This document shows positions 53,141 to 63,718 of a DNA stretch of 64,000 nucleotides, in pieces. The first letter of the stretch is position 1, and every line of letters begins with the position of its first letter. Source of the DNA: a virus (Duplodnaviria; Caudoviricetes); the IMG/VR virus record IMGVR_UViG_2839589109_000007, positions 3,871 through 67,870 of that record; one strand, 5' to 3'. Position numbers and translations under genes: made by a program. Under the pieces are notes generated by a model that ran no database searches, was not told where the DNA came from, and saw nothing but the letters and a program-made list of their open reading frames with translations.

Positions 53141-56100
53141 ATGGCAATTAGCAACAGCGATGTAAAACTCTTCGAAAGTCAGCGCCTTAGCGATGAGGAA
53201 GACGGTGGCGGTCGGATCACTGGTAATGAGGTCATTGATGGCAACGTCAATAACCTGTTTCAGGATATTTCCAGAATCGACCGAACCATTGGTGATGTGG
53301 CTCTGCGAAAGGCGTTTATCGGGATCAGCACTGATAACAATGACATTTATCTCGGCAGTCATCTTATCTTGACTGAGCCTCCCAAAGACAAGAATGTCTC
53401 GGTTCTGCTGTTCAATACCGACAGTCAGACTGATGAACGCCTGGATGCCAGAGACCGGATCGAGAGTTATGTGGTTCCGGGCATTAAAGCAGCGTGGGAG
53501 CTGGTGGGCGATCAGCTGGAAGGGCAGCGATCCGTTGTCGGCTATCAGCGGGAGGAATCGGCGGTTCCTGAAATTGGCGAGGTCTATAAGCTGACAACGC
53601 CAGATGAGACAGTCAGCCAGTTCATCCGTATTACAGCCGTTGATTATTCCAATGAGATTTTTACCTATTTCACTGGAGCTGAGTATATCGATTTTACCCG
53701 GCGAAAGGTGGAGATGCAGATTAGCGCACCTTTGGTGACCAAATTTATCGGGGCATCTCCCGTTCCCGGCGAGCCGGAGGAGGCAACCAGCCGCATTCAG
53801 GAAACGCAGATAGCCGATACCAGCCGTTACTATGGCATCCAGTCTATGAGCGCCAACATTACCGCAGGCGACCTGACGGTAAAGGCTGAGAGCGTTTATG
53901 CGCCTTTGGTGCCGAGTGCCAAGGTGGAAAGCCCATTACTGGATCAATATGGCGGTTATACCGGCAAAACCATGGTGGCGACTTCGGCCAGTAGCCGATC
54001 AGTCAGCTGTCGCTTTGTTCATATCACTGGCACCCAGAGTCGCACCTATCTGCAGCGGGGTGTTTTGCCCGGAACCCTGACCCTATCGGTGGATGGCGGC
54101 ACCTTTGAAGATAACGGCACAGGCAATCTGATCCATAAAAGCGGCACCAATAATTACAGCAAGCTGACCGTGGATTATGACCTTGGGGAAGTAAACGTCT
54201 GGCGAGTAAGCGGAGTTCTTTCGGCCTCCGGTAATGCGACTTATCAGCCAGCGGTGGGAATTACGGGCTCTGCGATCAGTGGTGCTATTCCCATCACTAA
54301 CCAGAACCGGGGCTTCAACTACACCCTGAACATGGCTGAGGCCAAGCCAAGGCCGGGGACGCTGGTGGTCAGCTATATCGCTCTCGGCAAATGGCAGGAC
54401 ATCCGGGATTCCGGTAACGGCCAGATGATTGGTTCTGGAACTGGCACCATCCTCTTTGCAACCGGCTCGGCGGCAATTACCCTCGATGCTTTGCCCGATC
54501 CAGACAGTGCCATTGTTCTCAGCTATGTGGCACAAAATGATGATGAGGTAACGATCAGAACCGGCTCGGTGCCGGTGGATGATATGACCTTCCGGCATAC
54601 TGTTCAGAAGCCCGGTATCAAGCCCGGTTCCATGACTGTGACGTATGTTTCATCCGGGGGGAATAAAACCCTGACTGATCAGGGCAATGGCCTGCTGACG
54701 GGCGATGGCAGCGGCGCTATTCATTACGCTCCCGGCGAGCTGAGTTTTAAGCTGGACAACCTGCCTGATAGCGGAACCGAAATACAGCTGACTTATGAAG
54801 AAGGCACCAGTGCTGGTGGCGAGGTTATTGTAACGGTGGATGATCTTGGCGTAATGAGCGGCACCATACCCGGAGCGCCTTTATTGCCCGGTTCTGTCCA
54901 GCTGCAATTTCTGGTTAAGCAGCTGTCCAATGTACCCAACGGCGCAAGGCTGGAGGATGATTGGACAACCTACCAGTCAACCAGAAACGTTGCCAAGCAG
55001 ATCAGTGATGATACTTCGGGTGGCTGGCGGGGAGTGACCGGCAGCATTAATTACCAGACCGGGGCGTTCACTATTCTGGCATTGGAGAATTACAACTATC
55101 CAGAATGGCGGGTAAGAACTTATGGTGGGAATGGTCGTATCAGGGAGGTCGAGGTCACCAATGTACCCAAAGTTCAAACCTTTACTGGTAATACCATTAC
55201 GGCCATTGCACAGGCCAGCAGTTTAAGTCATGCGCCTTATAATGAAAATATTACCTCGCCAGAGTTGACCATTGATCTGCTGCCCTTGATGGACAATACC
55301 GTTTTGCTCCCCGGCAGCGTGGTTTTTGAATGGAATGGTGAAACCTACTTTGACCGGGATGGCTCCCTCTATAAAAACCTGAGCACAGAAACCAATGCCG
55401 GTGTTCAGGTTGGCAGGGTCGATTACAGCGGCGGTCTGGCGGCACTGGCCAGCTATCCATCTGGCACTGTCAATACGGCCACCATTCAGGCAGCGGCCAC
55501 CATCGGGGTCGGCTTTGGCATAAATGCGGTGGCTTTCCGTACTCCCGGTGCTCCTGTTCGGCAGGGCAGTTTGCAACTAACGGCAGTGCGGGTGGATACC
55601 GGGGATGTGATTACTGCGACAGCTGACTTTAATGGCGACTTCAGTACTTCAGAGGTAGCGGGAAACATCGACGTGACGACTGGCTGGTGTGAGATTGAGT
55701 TTACCGATGGAAACTCTCTTGAAAAGAAGCCAATCTACGTCATCCCGCAGAGTGTCCGTTACAACTGCGTGGTAGAAACCAGCCTGCCGCTCGATGCTGA
55801 ACTGATCGGCCTTGACCCGGTACGTCTGCCTCCCGATGGCAAGGTTCCCATCTATCGAGCCGGGGATATTGTGGTTATAAGTCATACGGCAACCACCGAG
55901 ATTGGTACGCCAACGACAGGTCAGGTGATTAACCTGGCTCGTGATCATCAGGCAGAAATAGTGGTGGAAGACAGCAGTGGTACTTTGCTGGCCAGCGATC
56001 AATACACCGTCGATAGAGAGGCAGGAACCGTGACCTTTGCCGATCCGTTGAGCCTGATTGATGCCGACAGTAGCCCGCTATCGGCACCCTATGCCATTAA

Positions 56101-56680
56101 GGATCGGGTGGAGCACATGAGCGTATTGAGCGATGTGCAGATCAATGGCGACCTGTCCATTATCTCCCCAGTGCCTTGGGATTTACCCGCAGGCGAAACC
56201 TCGGTCAGCAGTGCGGTGGTCTATGGCGATCTTCAGGCGAGAGTGAAAAACTTTTTCAGCCAGAAGGTATGGGATAGCGGCGATCCAAACTGGACGGATG
56301 ACCGGGTTGGAGACCAGACAACTGCCCAATACAACTCCATCAACTACCCGGTAGAAGTGAGTAACAAAGGTGCCATTTACGGCAAGTGGGCGATTATCTT
56401 CACCAGCACGACTTCCTTCCAGATTGTTGAGGAAAAGCTCGGGATCATATCAACCGGCAGCACAACAACGGATACCGCACCCATTAACCCGGAGGCGGGA
56501 GTGCCTTATTTCACGATGAAAGCCGATGGTTGGGGCAGCGGCTGGTCAACAGGCAACGCTATCCGCTTCAATACCGATGGGTGCCTTGCGCCAGTTTGGA
56601 TTTGCCGGACGGTGCTTTCAGGTCAGGGTACGGAAACAAACGATGACTTTACGCTACAGATTCGGGGGGATGCTGACTGA
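53141..56680 (+). CDS. Large tail tip / central fibre protein
   Basis: KLFESQRLSDEEDGGGRITGNEVIDGNVNNLFQDIS N-terminus; repeated GxIxYxTG beta units; GWGSGWSTGNAIRFNT C-terminus. Confidence 0.85.
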   Translation: MAISNSDVKLFESQRLSDEEDGGGRITGNEVIDGNVNNLFQDISRIDRTIGDVALRKAFIGISTDNNDIYLGSHLILTEPPKDKNVSVLLFNTDSQTDERLDARDRIESYVVPGIKAAWELVGDQLEGQRSVVGYQREESAVPEIGEVYKLTTPDETVSQFIRITAVDYSNEIFTYFTGAEYIDFTRRKVEMQISAPLVTKFIGASPVPGEPEEATSRIQETQIADTSRYYGIQSMSANITAGDLTVKAESVYAPLVPSAKVESPLLDQYGGYTGKTMVATSASSRSVSCRFVHITGTQSRTYLQRGVLPGTLTLSVDGGTFEDNGTGNLIHKSGTNNYSKLTVDYDLGEVNVWRVSGVLSASGNATYQPAVGITGSAISGAIPITNQNRGFNYTLNMAEAKPRPGTLVVSYIALGKWQDIRDSGNGQMIGSGTGTILFATGSAAITLDALPDPDSAIVLSYVAQNDDEVTIRTGSVPVDDMTFRHTVQKPGIKPGSMTVTYVSSGGNKTLTDQGNGLLTGDGSGAIHYAPGELSFKLDNLPDSGTEIQLTYEEGTSAGGEVIVTVDDLGVMSGTIPGAPLLPGSVQLQFLVKQLSNVPNGARLEDDWTTYQSTRNVAKQISDDTSGGWRGVTGSINYQTGAFTILALENYNYPEWRVRTYGGNGRIREVEVTNVPKVQTFTGNTITAIAQASSLSHAPYNENITSPELTIDLLPLMDNTVLLPGSVVFEWNGETYFDRDGSLYKNLSTETNAGVQVGRVDYSGGLAALASYPSGTVNTATIQAAATIGVGFGINAVAFRTPGAPVRQGSLQLTAVRVDTGDVITATADFNGDFSTSEVAGNIDVTTGWCEIEFTDGNSLEKKPIYVIPQSVRYNCVVETSLPLDAELIGLDPVRLPPDGKVPIYRAGDIVVISHTATTEIGTPTTGQVINLARDHQAEIVVEDSSGTLLASDQYTVDREAGTVTFADPLSLIDADSSPLSAPYAIKDRVEHMSVLSDVQINGDLSIISPVPWDLPAGETSVSSAVVYGDLQARVKNFFSQKVWDSGDPNWTDDRVGDQTTAQYNSINYPVEVSNKGAIYGKWAIIFTSTTSFQIVEEKLGIISTGSTTTDTAPINPEAGVPYFTMKADGWGSGWSTGNAIRFNTDGCLAPVWICRTVLSGQGTETNDDFTLQIRGDAD

Positions 56681-57663
56681 TGCCTGTTACTTTTTATTCT
56701 TCAGATGATCCGGGAGCCCCAAAATTTGTTTATTCAGGGTCAAGCGGCAGCTATAAAATCGGAATTATTGATGTCTTGGATGCCATTCTTGTTAATGGCT
56801 ATAGCGGCAAGACAGGTCTTGGCTGGACAAAGCTAATGACCAGTGCAGTTGCCGGGAGTGATCGCACCGTTTACAGAAATCAGTCAGCTTATGAATCGGA
56901 TTGTCATTTGTTAGCCGAGAGCAGTCCAACTAATTCAGGCTGTTTTAAAATGCAGATTGCTGATGCTGTCACATCCCCTGAAGATTACTCTGGCTATAGT
57001 CAGGTAATTAATACTTATGTAAATGGCTACAAATGGATGGCTGTTGGCGATGAACGGAGTTTTATTTTCTTCGCATACTCTTCCTCTATGTACACAACCT
57101 TTAGCAGCAGCTTCAACTCTGTTATGCCTTTGTGTATTTACATTGGTGACGTTGATCGCTTAAACAATACGACACATATCGGTCATGCGTTGATTACGGA
57201 TGTGATGCATTCAGGTACTATGGAAACTGTTACAAGCTATTCCAGCAGACCGTCTTTTTTTGATAATTTTTCAGAGAGGGTCTTAACTAACAAGACGATT
57301 CGGCCAGTAACACAGGTTCCCGGCGAAGAATGGTCTGAAAACAGCTGCTATCATTTTTTGACAAGCATTTTGCCTGACAATGCTGCTAACGCAGCTGGTG
57401 CTGGAAAAGATATTGCTTCATTTGAGCAGGCTGCACAGCTCCGTGTCCCTTGGTTTTTAGTAATCAATCAAGTGTACGTCTATCGTCTTCGGGGACTTTA
57501 CAATATTTTCCCGATGCTTCAGCACAATGATGATAGTAGTAGGGCGCAGATGCTGAAGCCTCTTAATATAGATGGCATAGAATACAGGGGAACGAAGCAG
57601 AATGCTGATCGATATAATGGAGTTCCGATGTCTTACTACATTCAAACGTCAGGAGACTGGTAA
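56680..57663 (+). CDS. Tail-associated protein (possible receptor-binding)
   Basis: YSSDDPGAP...ILVNGYSGKTGLGW N-terminus, W.AVGDERSF; AT-richer variable C-terminus. Confidence 0.7.
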   Translation: MPVTFYSSDDPGAPKFVYSGSSGSYKIGIIDVLDAILVNGYSGKTGLGWTKLMTSAVAGSDRTVYRNQSAYESDCHLLAESSPTNSGCFKMQIADAVTSPEDYSGYSQVINTYVNGYKWMAVGDERSFIFFAYSSSMYTTFSSSFNSVMPLCIYIGDVDRLNNTTHIGHALITDVMHSGTMETVTSYSSRPSFFDNFSERVLTNKTIRPVTQVPGEEWSENSCYHFLTSILPDNAANAAGAGKDIASFEQAAQLRVPWFLVINQVYVYRLRGLYNIFPMLQHNDDSSRAQMLKPLNIDGIEYRGTKQNADRYNGVPMSYYIQTSGDW

Positions 57664-58436
57664 TGTTTACGGCATCATGGCATCTGTTCTCGGAAAAGCC
57701 TCCTGCTTATGCTAATCAAATCGTCGGGAAATTAACCGTTGATGGACTGCTTTATGAAGGGATCGTGTTTGCCCTTGCTGTAGGAAAACTGCAATATATC
57801 TCTGGCCAACATGTAAAAAACGGCAATGTTCACATTCAATCAATCCCGGAAAGGTACAGCACCAAAACCTTAAATCTGTTGATTTTTAAAGATGGTCGGG
57901 CGCTGGCCAGTGAGCCTGTTACTCCCGACAACGTGGTTGTCTATGATCTCGTCATCAGCACCAGCGGAGGCGGTGGTGCGCCAACCGGCGACCCTGCCAC
58001 TATAACCGGCAAGGTAGAGCGGGTGCTAGACAATCAGGCCGAACCCGCAGCAAGGCAACTGGTGGCTATTGAACATAAGCCCGATGGTTCATGGGCGGTA
58101 ACCGGCAATACGACCAGTGACGCTGAAAATGGCAGCTATACACTGGATGTGCTGACCGAAGGCGGGGATACCTTTGTGCTGGCGGTGGATGAATATGGTG
58201 TGCCTTTTACCGCTACCGCAGCAGTCGTTCAAGGGGACATCATCCATCCAACCATTCCCAATGGCCATGTTTACCGGGTTGAAGCAGGCGGCACCTTGCC
58301 AGCTACCGAACCGACATGGTGGATTGATACCGGCACCAACCATACCCGCACCATTGAAGGCGGTATATCCCTCCGGGCGTTTCCTTTCTATCGCCCATTA
58401 GTGCATGGCCATATCAAGGCGGAACCCTTGCCATGA
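57663..58436 (+). CDS. Tail-associated protein
   Basis: TAATG coupling; GDIIHPTIPNGHVYRV...LPATEPTW motif. Confidence 0.65.
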   Translation: MFTASWHLFSEKPPAYANQIVGKLTVDGLLYEGIVFALAVGKLQYISGQHVKNGNVHIQSIPERYSTKTLNLLIFKDGRALASEPVTPDNVVVYDLVISTSGGGGAPTGDPATITGKVERVLDNQAEPAARQLVAIEHKPDGSWAVTGNTTSDAENGSYTLDVLTEGGDTFVLAVDEYGVPFTATAAVVQGDIIHPTIPNGHVYRVEAGGTLPATEPTWWIDTGTNHTRTIEGGISLRAFPFYRPLVHGHIKAEPLP

Positions 58437-60292
58437 GTTATGAGGTTCCCACCGACAGTGTCGATTTTCGGCTGACTGGTGCTTCCTATACTGTGTCATC
58501 GTCGGCTATTGCTGACTTTACTTTTGACGGAAGTCCGTCGTTTTATTTTGTACCGCCTCCCAGTGTGATTCGCCCTTATGGATGCCAATGGCAGGGTGCG
58601 CTCAATCGCCAGCAGGGCTTTTCTGCGGGCTATTCCAGCAGTCGGCCTGTTAGTACTACCCGGCAGCAAAGTAGTCAGCAGGCGAAGCCTCTGGAAGCCT
58701 CACCGTTTGGGGTGTTTTGGGGAGCCGTGGCTAAAAAGCAAGCTAAGATCAGTTTTAGTCACAGGCAGAGCCAGAAGAAAGAAGCGACAGCAGGAACCCG
58801 TTGGCAGCAGACTGAGCGGAAAGACAGCGGCAAGCTGAGTGCATGGGATAAAACCATTGAGGCGCAGGATCATAATCATGCCTCACCATGGAATCATCCT
58901 TCGGAGCGGGATAGCAATGTATCGGAGAGGATGCAGTCGGTTGATCTGTATGGTGCCAACGAAAGAAAAAGCCCTGCTTATATTTTTCCGCAGCAACCGC
59001 TTAACTTTACCTTCCGGGATAGGGAGTACCAGCCACAGGTAAATGGCTCGGTATTTTTCCAGATTGGTGCCTTTGACAAAGAAATCGCAGCTGTTCCTGT
59101 GGATAGCAAGCGGCGCTTTGCCTTTCAGAGCAACCGGGCCGAAGATCAGCCGGTTGTCCTGCCATGGGGCATCGGCCAGAAAGCCAAGGATGAAACGGTA
59201 ACCGGCAACTATGGCGGCGAGACAGACCCGGTCGTTGTGGAAAAGCCGGAGCCGGAACAGCCAGAGATCAGGGAGAGTTATCTGCTTATGAACATCATCA
59301 CCACTGTCGTTTTGCCTGCCCGGACACCGCTTGAACTGCCCTCAATGGAAATTAGCCTGGATATTGATAGCTTCTCATGGAGCTTTACCGGGCAGTTGTG
59401 GGGCGCTTCCAATATCGCACTGGTGGAACCGGACGAGAACGGTCCAAAGCAGATCGAGGTGGATATAAACGGCTGGAAATGGGTATTTATCATCGAGCGT
59501 TACAATACGGATAGACGCTTCGGGGCTGAACGTTACACCCTCTATGGCAGCAGCCGCACCCAACTACTCGCAGCGCCTTATGCGCCACAACGAAGCAAGA
59601 GCAACAGCACCAACCTCAATGCCAAACAGGCTATCATCGAAGAACTGGCCAATACCGGCTTTACGGCGATCTATCCTGACCTGAACGACTACAGCACACC
59701 GGATTGGATTATGCCAGGTGGCTCATTCAGCTATCAGAACCAGACCGCTATGCAGGTGGTGGCCAAGGTCGCTACCACAGCCGGATCAGTGATTATCCCC
59801 AGCCGTGATAATGACCAGGTGAGCATACAACCCCGATACCCGGCCAGCCCTTGGCACTGGAACACGGCCACTATGGATAAGATCATTCCTGCCAGTATGG
59901 TCATTAGCTTGAGCGCCAACTGGCGACCAGAGCAGGCTTACAATGCGGTCTATGTTTCCGGGACCAATGCTGGCGTGGCGGTCAACGTCAAACGAACCGG
60001 CTCCAATGGCGATAACCCGGCTCCCGATATTCTGGAAGACTGGCTCACGGAAACGCAGGTCAATACCGAGCGAGGCCGGAATGAGCTGGCTAAGGGTGGC
60101 AACCAGAGCATTACTACCATCGAGTTGCCATTGACCGACACTAATACAGCACCCGGGTTAATTGAGCCGGGAATGTTGGTCGAGGTTCAGGATATAACGC
60201 GAGACTGGCAAGCCCTTTGTCTGGCGACCAGTATCAGTGCCAGTGGCGTGGGAACCGTTATTCAATCGGTTGACTTAGAACGTCACTATTAG
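58433..60292 (+). CDS. Tail hub-like protein
   Basis: ATGA coupling; LDIDSFSWSF, GSSRTQLLAAPYAP, PRYPASPW, NAVYVSG, LIEPGMLV. Confidence 0.8.
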   Translation: MSYEVPTDSVDFRLTGASYTVSSSAIADFTFDGSPSFYFVPPPSVIRPYGCQWQGALNRQQGFSAGYSSSRPVSTTRQQSSQQAKPLEASPFGVFWGAVAKKQAKISFSHRQSQKKEATAGTRWQQTERKDSGKLSAWDKTIEAQDHNHASPWNHPSERDSNVSERMQSVDLYGANERKSPAYIFPQQPLNFTFRDREYQPQVNGSVFFQIGAFDKEIAAVPVDSKRRFAFQSNRAEDQPVVLPWGIGQKAKDETVTGNYGGETDPVVVEKPEPEQPEIRESYLLMNIITTVVLPARTPLELPSMEISLDIDSFSWSFTGQLWGASNIALVEPDENGPKQIEVDINGWKWVFIIERYNTDRRFGAERYTLYGSSRTQLLAAPYAPQRSKSNSTNLNAKQAIIEELANTGFTAIYPDLNDYSTPDWIMPGGSFSYQNQTAMQVVAKVATTAGSVIIPSRDNDQVSIQPRYPASPWHWNTATMDKIIPASMVISLSANWRPEQAYNAVYVSGTNAGVAVNVKRTGSNGDNPAPDILEDWLTETQVNTERGRNELAKGGNQSITTIELPLTDTNTAPGLIEPGMLVEVQDITRDWQALCLATSISASGVGTVIQSVDLERHY

Positions 60293-60379
60293 GAGTAGTT
60301 GTCCGAGGGGGCGAATTTCACCTGAGCTTTTCGCCTCGTATGAATAAGTAAGGTACAAAAAACTAGCACAGGGGGGCGA

Positions 60380-60613
60380 ATGTCAACTACCAACATTTGG
60401 CAACGGTTCAAGGCTTTAATACCAGAAGGAGTACGGATTGTGGCTACAATTACTGGCCATAATGGCAATGGTACCAGTCAGGCAGAGTTACGTGATGGTT
60501 CCGTGATCACTGTAAAGGGCGAATCAATCTCTGTCGGACAAAAGGCATTTATCCAAGATAGTGAGATAAAAGGCACTGTGCCGAGTCTGGCAGAGTATGA
60601 GGCAGAAGTATAA
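60380..60613 (+). CDS. Small terminal tail protein
   Basis: NIWQRFKALIP...G..SVGQKAFI; last gene of tail operon. Confidence 0.7.
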   Translation: MSTTNIWQRFKALIPEGVRIVATITGHNGNGTSQAELRDGSVITVKGESISVGQKAFIQDSEIKGTVPSLAEYEAEV

Positions 60614-60887
60614 TAGGCAAGACCGGAGTGAACAATAATTACACTGCGCGGTCAAAAATCAGCAAGATGCCCTCAATGATTTCATATATGTTGGCAGTTA
60701 TAGGAGCAAGCATCACGTAGAAGAGGATCCAGAACAGTAGCGATTTTGGCCAGACATCAGACATACCTAATGGTAAGGGTAGATAAATTAAATGAGTTCA
60801 CGGACAGTAGAAAAAAACGATAGAATCAGAACCTTGATCCATGAACATAGCAACCTTTTACACTGCAGGGATGTTAAGAGAGATACT

Positions 60888-62903
60888 ATGAGTAACGTCA
60901 ACATACAACGTGCAGTCGATCATATTCCGGCGGGCTCAGGTGTCAACGTCTATACCCCTATTGTTGAATTGATAGTAAATGCGATTCAGTCCATTGAATG
61001 CAATGACAATGATAGTGGCCTTGTACAGATTGTTGTTCATCGTGAACAACAAGACGATCTGTTAGAGCATTCCACGCCTGCTGTTTGTGGCTTTACTGTT
61101 ATTGACAATGGTGTAGGGTTCGACACTGAAAATCGAAACTCTTTCGATACACTCTATTCAGACCATAAAATCACTCAGGGGGGCAAGGGTTTTGGCCGGT
61201 TTACCTGCTTAAAATATTTTCAAACGTTTAATGTCAAGAGCGTTTACAAAGAAGGTGAGAAACTCTTTTGCCGACGGTTTGAAATGGGACGCCATAAAGA
61301 CATCGTTACCAATGAGACGATTGAACCGTCTGATCAGCAGTACACTGGATCGGAAATTACCATATCAACCCTCAGAAACTGTAAATTTACTGACAAGCAG
61401 TTGAGTACCATTGCCAGGGTTATTGTGGAGCGCCTACTGCCCTACTTCTTTGATAAAAAGAGACAACTGCCTAAGGTTGTACTCCGTGAAAATGATGAGT
61501 CCAAACTATTCATACTGAATAATTATCTTGAAGGCCCTGGTGAGAATCTAATTTCTGAGGTTATGTCTGCAGGTGGTCAGTTCACCTTGGGACAAGGAGA
61601 TTTTCGACAAGTATTCACGGCAAGAGTCTTCAAGTTTTACTCTCCAAGGGAAAAAACCAGTAAAGTCAGCCTGGTTGCACATCGTCGCGAAGTTACAGCG
61701 AACTCTTTACATAACTATATTCCAGAATTTATTGATGAGTTCTATGAAAAAGCGGTGGGTAAAGAAAAAACAGATAGAAACTTTATTATCAAAGTCTATG
61801 TTTCTGGTGAGTATCTTGACCAACATGTTTCGCTAGAGCGTGGTGGTTTTGATTTTCAGAAGGAAAAGAAAGATAGTGACTTAGACTTTGGGATTGCCCA
61901 GTCAGAGATTGAAGTGTCGGCAGCGGAACTGGCGATTAGCGCAGTGAGTAATGATGTCCAAGCTCGGAGAGAAAGGAAAACCCAGCGGATCAAAAACTAT
62001 GTAGAAGAACAAGCACCTTGGCATCGAAGCTTGATGGGCAAGATTGATGTTACGGACCTGGCATACAATGCCACCGATGAGCAAATCGAGGGAAAACTTC
62101 AAAGCGAGAAATATCGATTAGAAGTTAAGACGCGTGGAGCCGTAAAACACCTCCTGGAAAGTGAAAAAACTGAAGATCTGAAGCATAAGACCTCAGAAAT
62201 TGTACAAATGGTCTCTGATACCAGCAAAAATGATTTGGCTCATTATATTTCCATGCGTCGCAGTGTTATTGACATTTTTGAAAAAAGCCTGCAAACCGGT
62301 GATGATGGTAAGTACTCTTCTGAGGGTGTAGTGCATGACATTATTTTCCCCAGAAAAGGAGACAGTGACCAAACACCTTTTGAAGAGCATAACCTTTGGT
62401 TAATTGATGAACGCCTCAATTTTACCGAATACCTCTCCTCTGATATCCCTTTGGAAGGAAAGTCAGGTAGGCCAGATATTCTGGCATTTGATCACCGAAT
62501 GGTTTTTCGGGGCGAGAATGAAGCCAGCAATCCTGTAACTATATTCGAGTTCAAGAGGCCACAGCGAGATGATTTTGCCAACCCATCTTCCAAGGAAGAT
62601 CCTGTGCAACAAATTATTCGCTATGTTCGCAAGCTACGTGATGGAGAGTTCACCACACCTCAGGGTAGGGAGATACAGATTAACACCAATACCCCGTTCT
62701 ATGGCTATGTTATCTGTGACTTAAACAAAAAGGTGAAGACTTGGTTGGAAGAAGAAAAAGATTTCAAGCCCCTTCCAGATCGACAGGGCTACTTCCGTTG
62801 GCATGATAGCCTTAATCTCTACACTGAGGTAGTCAGTTGGGATAAGGTGCTAAAAGATGCAATGATGCGAAACCGGGTATTCTTCCATCATCTTAAGATT
62901 TGA
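60888..62903 (+). CDS. GHKL (MORC/HATPase-like) ATPase fused to C-terminal PD-(D/E)XK nuclease; candidate defence protein
   Basis: ELIVNAIQS N-box, IDNGVGF G1, GGKGFGR G2; GRPDIL...IFEFKRP nuclease motif; start 60888 or 60792. Confidence 0.8.
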   Translation: MSNVNIQRAVDHIPAGSGVNVYTPIVELIVNAIQSIECNDNDSGLVQIVVHREQQDDLLEHSTPAVCGFTVIDNGVGFDTENRNSFDTLYSDHKITQGGKGFGRFTCLKYFQTFNVKSVYKEGEKLFCRRFEMGRHKDIVTNETIEPSDQQYTGSEITISTLRNCKFTDKQLSTIARVIVERLLPYFFDKKRQLPKVVLRENDESKLFILNNYLEGPGENLISEVMSAGGQFTLGQGDFRQVFTARVFKFYSPREKTSKVSLVAHRREVTANSLHNYIPEFIDEFYEKAVGKEKTDRNFIIKVYVSGEYLDQHVSLERGGFDFQKEKKDSDLDFGIAQSEIEVSAAELAISAVSNDVQARRERKTQRIKNYVEEQAPWHRSLMGKIDVTDLAYNATDEQIEGKLQSEKYRLEVKTRGAVKHLLESEKTEDLKHKTSEIVQMVSDTSKNDLAHYISMRRSVIDIFEKSLQTGDDGKYSSEGVVHDIIFPRKGDSDQTPFEEHNLWLIDERLNFTEYLSSDIPLEGKSGRPDILAFDHRMVFRGENEASNPVTIFEFKRPQRDDFANPSSKEDPVQQIIRYVRKLRDGEFTTPQGREIQINTNTPFYGYVICDLNKKVKTWLEEEKDFKPLPDRQGYFRWHDSLNLYTEVVSWDKVLKDAMMRNRVFFHHLKI

Positions 62904-63006
62904 CGTAGGACCTCCCCTCTCTCAATGGTGGGGAGGGGGTTATTGATACAAACAAAAATGATTTTCTCTTGTTCTTTATATTGGCTGTTGTAGCCTTGAT
63001 TCGATT

Positions 63007-63648
63007 TCAACTCTCGTAGAGATAACTGCAAACAACATCAGTCCAAAGATATTTATCCTCTCCCGGCTCCACATTTTGTTCCTTGGCCCAATGTAAAGAT
63101 ATATCGTGTATGGTATCCAGGCTTGGCCCCATGCACGTATAGATTTCCCGCCATATTTTGTAATTCATTTCTGAATCAATATCATCAAATCTATAAAGTA
63201 CATACTCTTCATTGGCTCTCTCCCAGTCTCCCTTATGCTTGATCACAAGATGAGACCAGATGGTTCTCACATTACCAATCCAAAAACGATCAGGCCTGAG
63301 CAAACAGGCTATTTCAGAGCCAACACTGATTTTGACATAAGGCATTCCTGCCTCCCAAATCAGTGCAGGAAGATCAGAGGTAGAGACACCATCTTGTGAA
63401 ACGGTTTTTGCAAAATTAAAAATTGCTTGTGGCTTGTTATTAGATAATATGTATTCACTCAAACCGTGCTGAGAAGCACTAAAATTTCCGTAATTGTCTG
63501 TATAACCAACAGCTAGTTCTGCGTATTCTTTGGCCTTAGATCGATTAAAAAAATTATTTAAAGCATCTGAAACATTTTTTCTTCGATCATAGTCCTTCCT
63601 GGCCAAGTCAAGATCGATATTAAAATCAACTAAATAGTGTTCTTTCAT
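63007..63648 (-). CDS. Hypothetical protein (AT-rich cargo)
   Basis: 213-aa ORF convergent on GHKL gene; no family recognised. Confidence 0.75.
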   Translation of the reverse strand: MKEHYLVDFNIDLDLARKDYDRRKNVSDALNNFFNRSKAKEYAELAVGYTDNYGNFSASQHGLSEYILSNNKPQAIFNFAKTVSQDGVSTSDLPALIWEAGMPYVKISVGSEIACLLRPDRFWIGNVRTIWSHLVIKHKGDWERANEEYVLYRFDDIDSEMNYKIWREIYTCMGPSLDTIHDISLHWAKEQNVEPGEDKYLWTDVVCSYLYES

Positions 63649-63661
63649 CTAAAGAGACCAT

Positions 63662-63693
63662 AAAAAAAAGCACATCCAACCTAGTTGATGTGC
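63662..63693 (-). terminator. Intrinsic terminator between the two minus-strand cargo genes
   Basis: GCACATC...GATGTGC stem with A8 on its left. Confidence 0.6.
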
Positions 63694-63718
63694 ATGAAAA
63701 GGACAAATTCTAACAAGC

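Noticed and set aside
60628-60644. GTGAACAATAATTACAC as attR
   Set aside because: It resembles the attL arm only loosely and in the same orientation, and the tail-gene reading frame does not resume after it.
62911-62936. CCTCCCC...GGGGAGG hairpin as a mobile repeat
   Set aside because: Single short copy between convergent genes; most simply a transcription stop or stabiliser.
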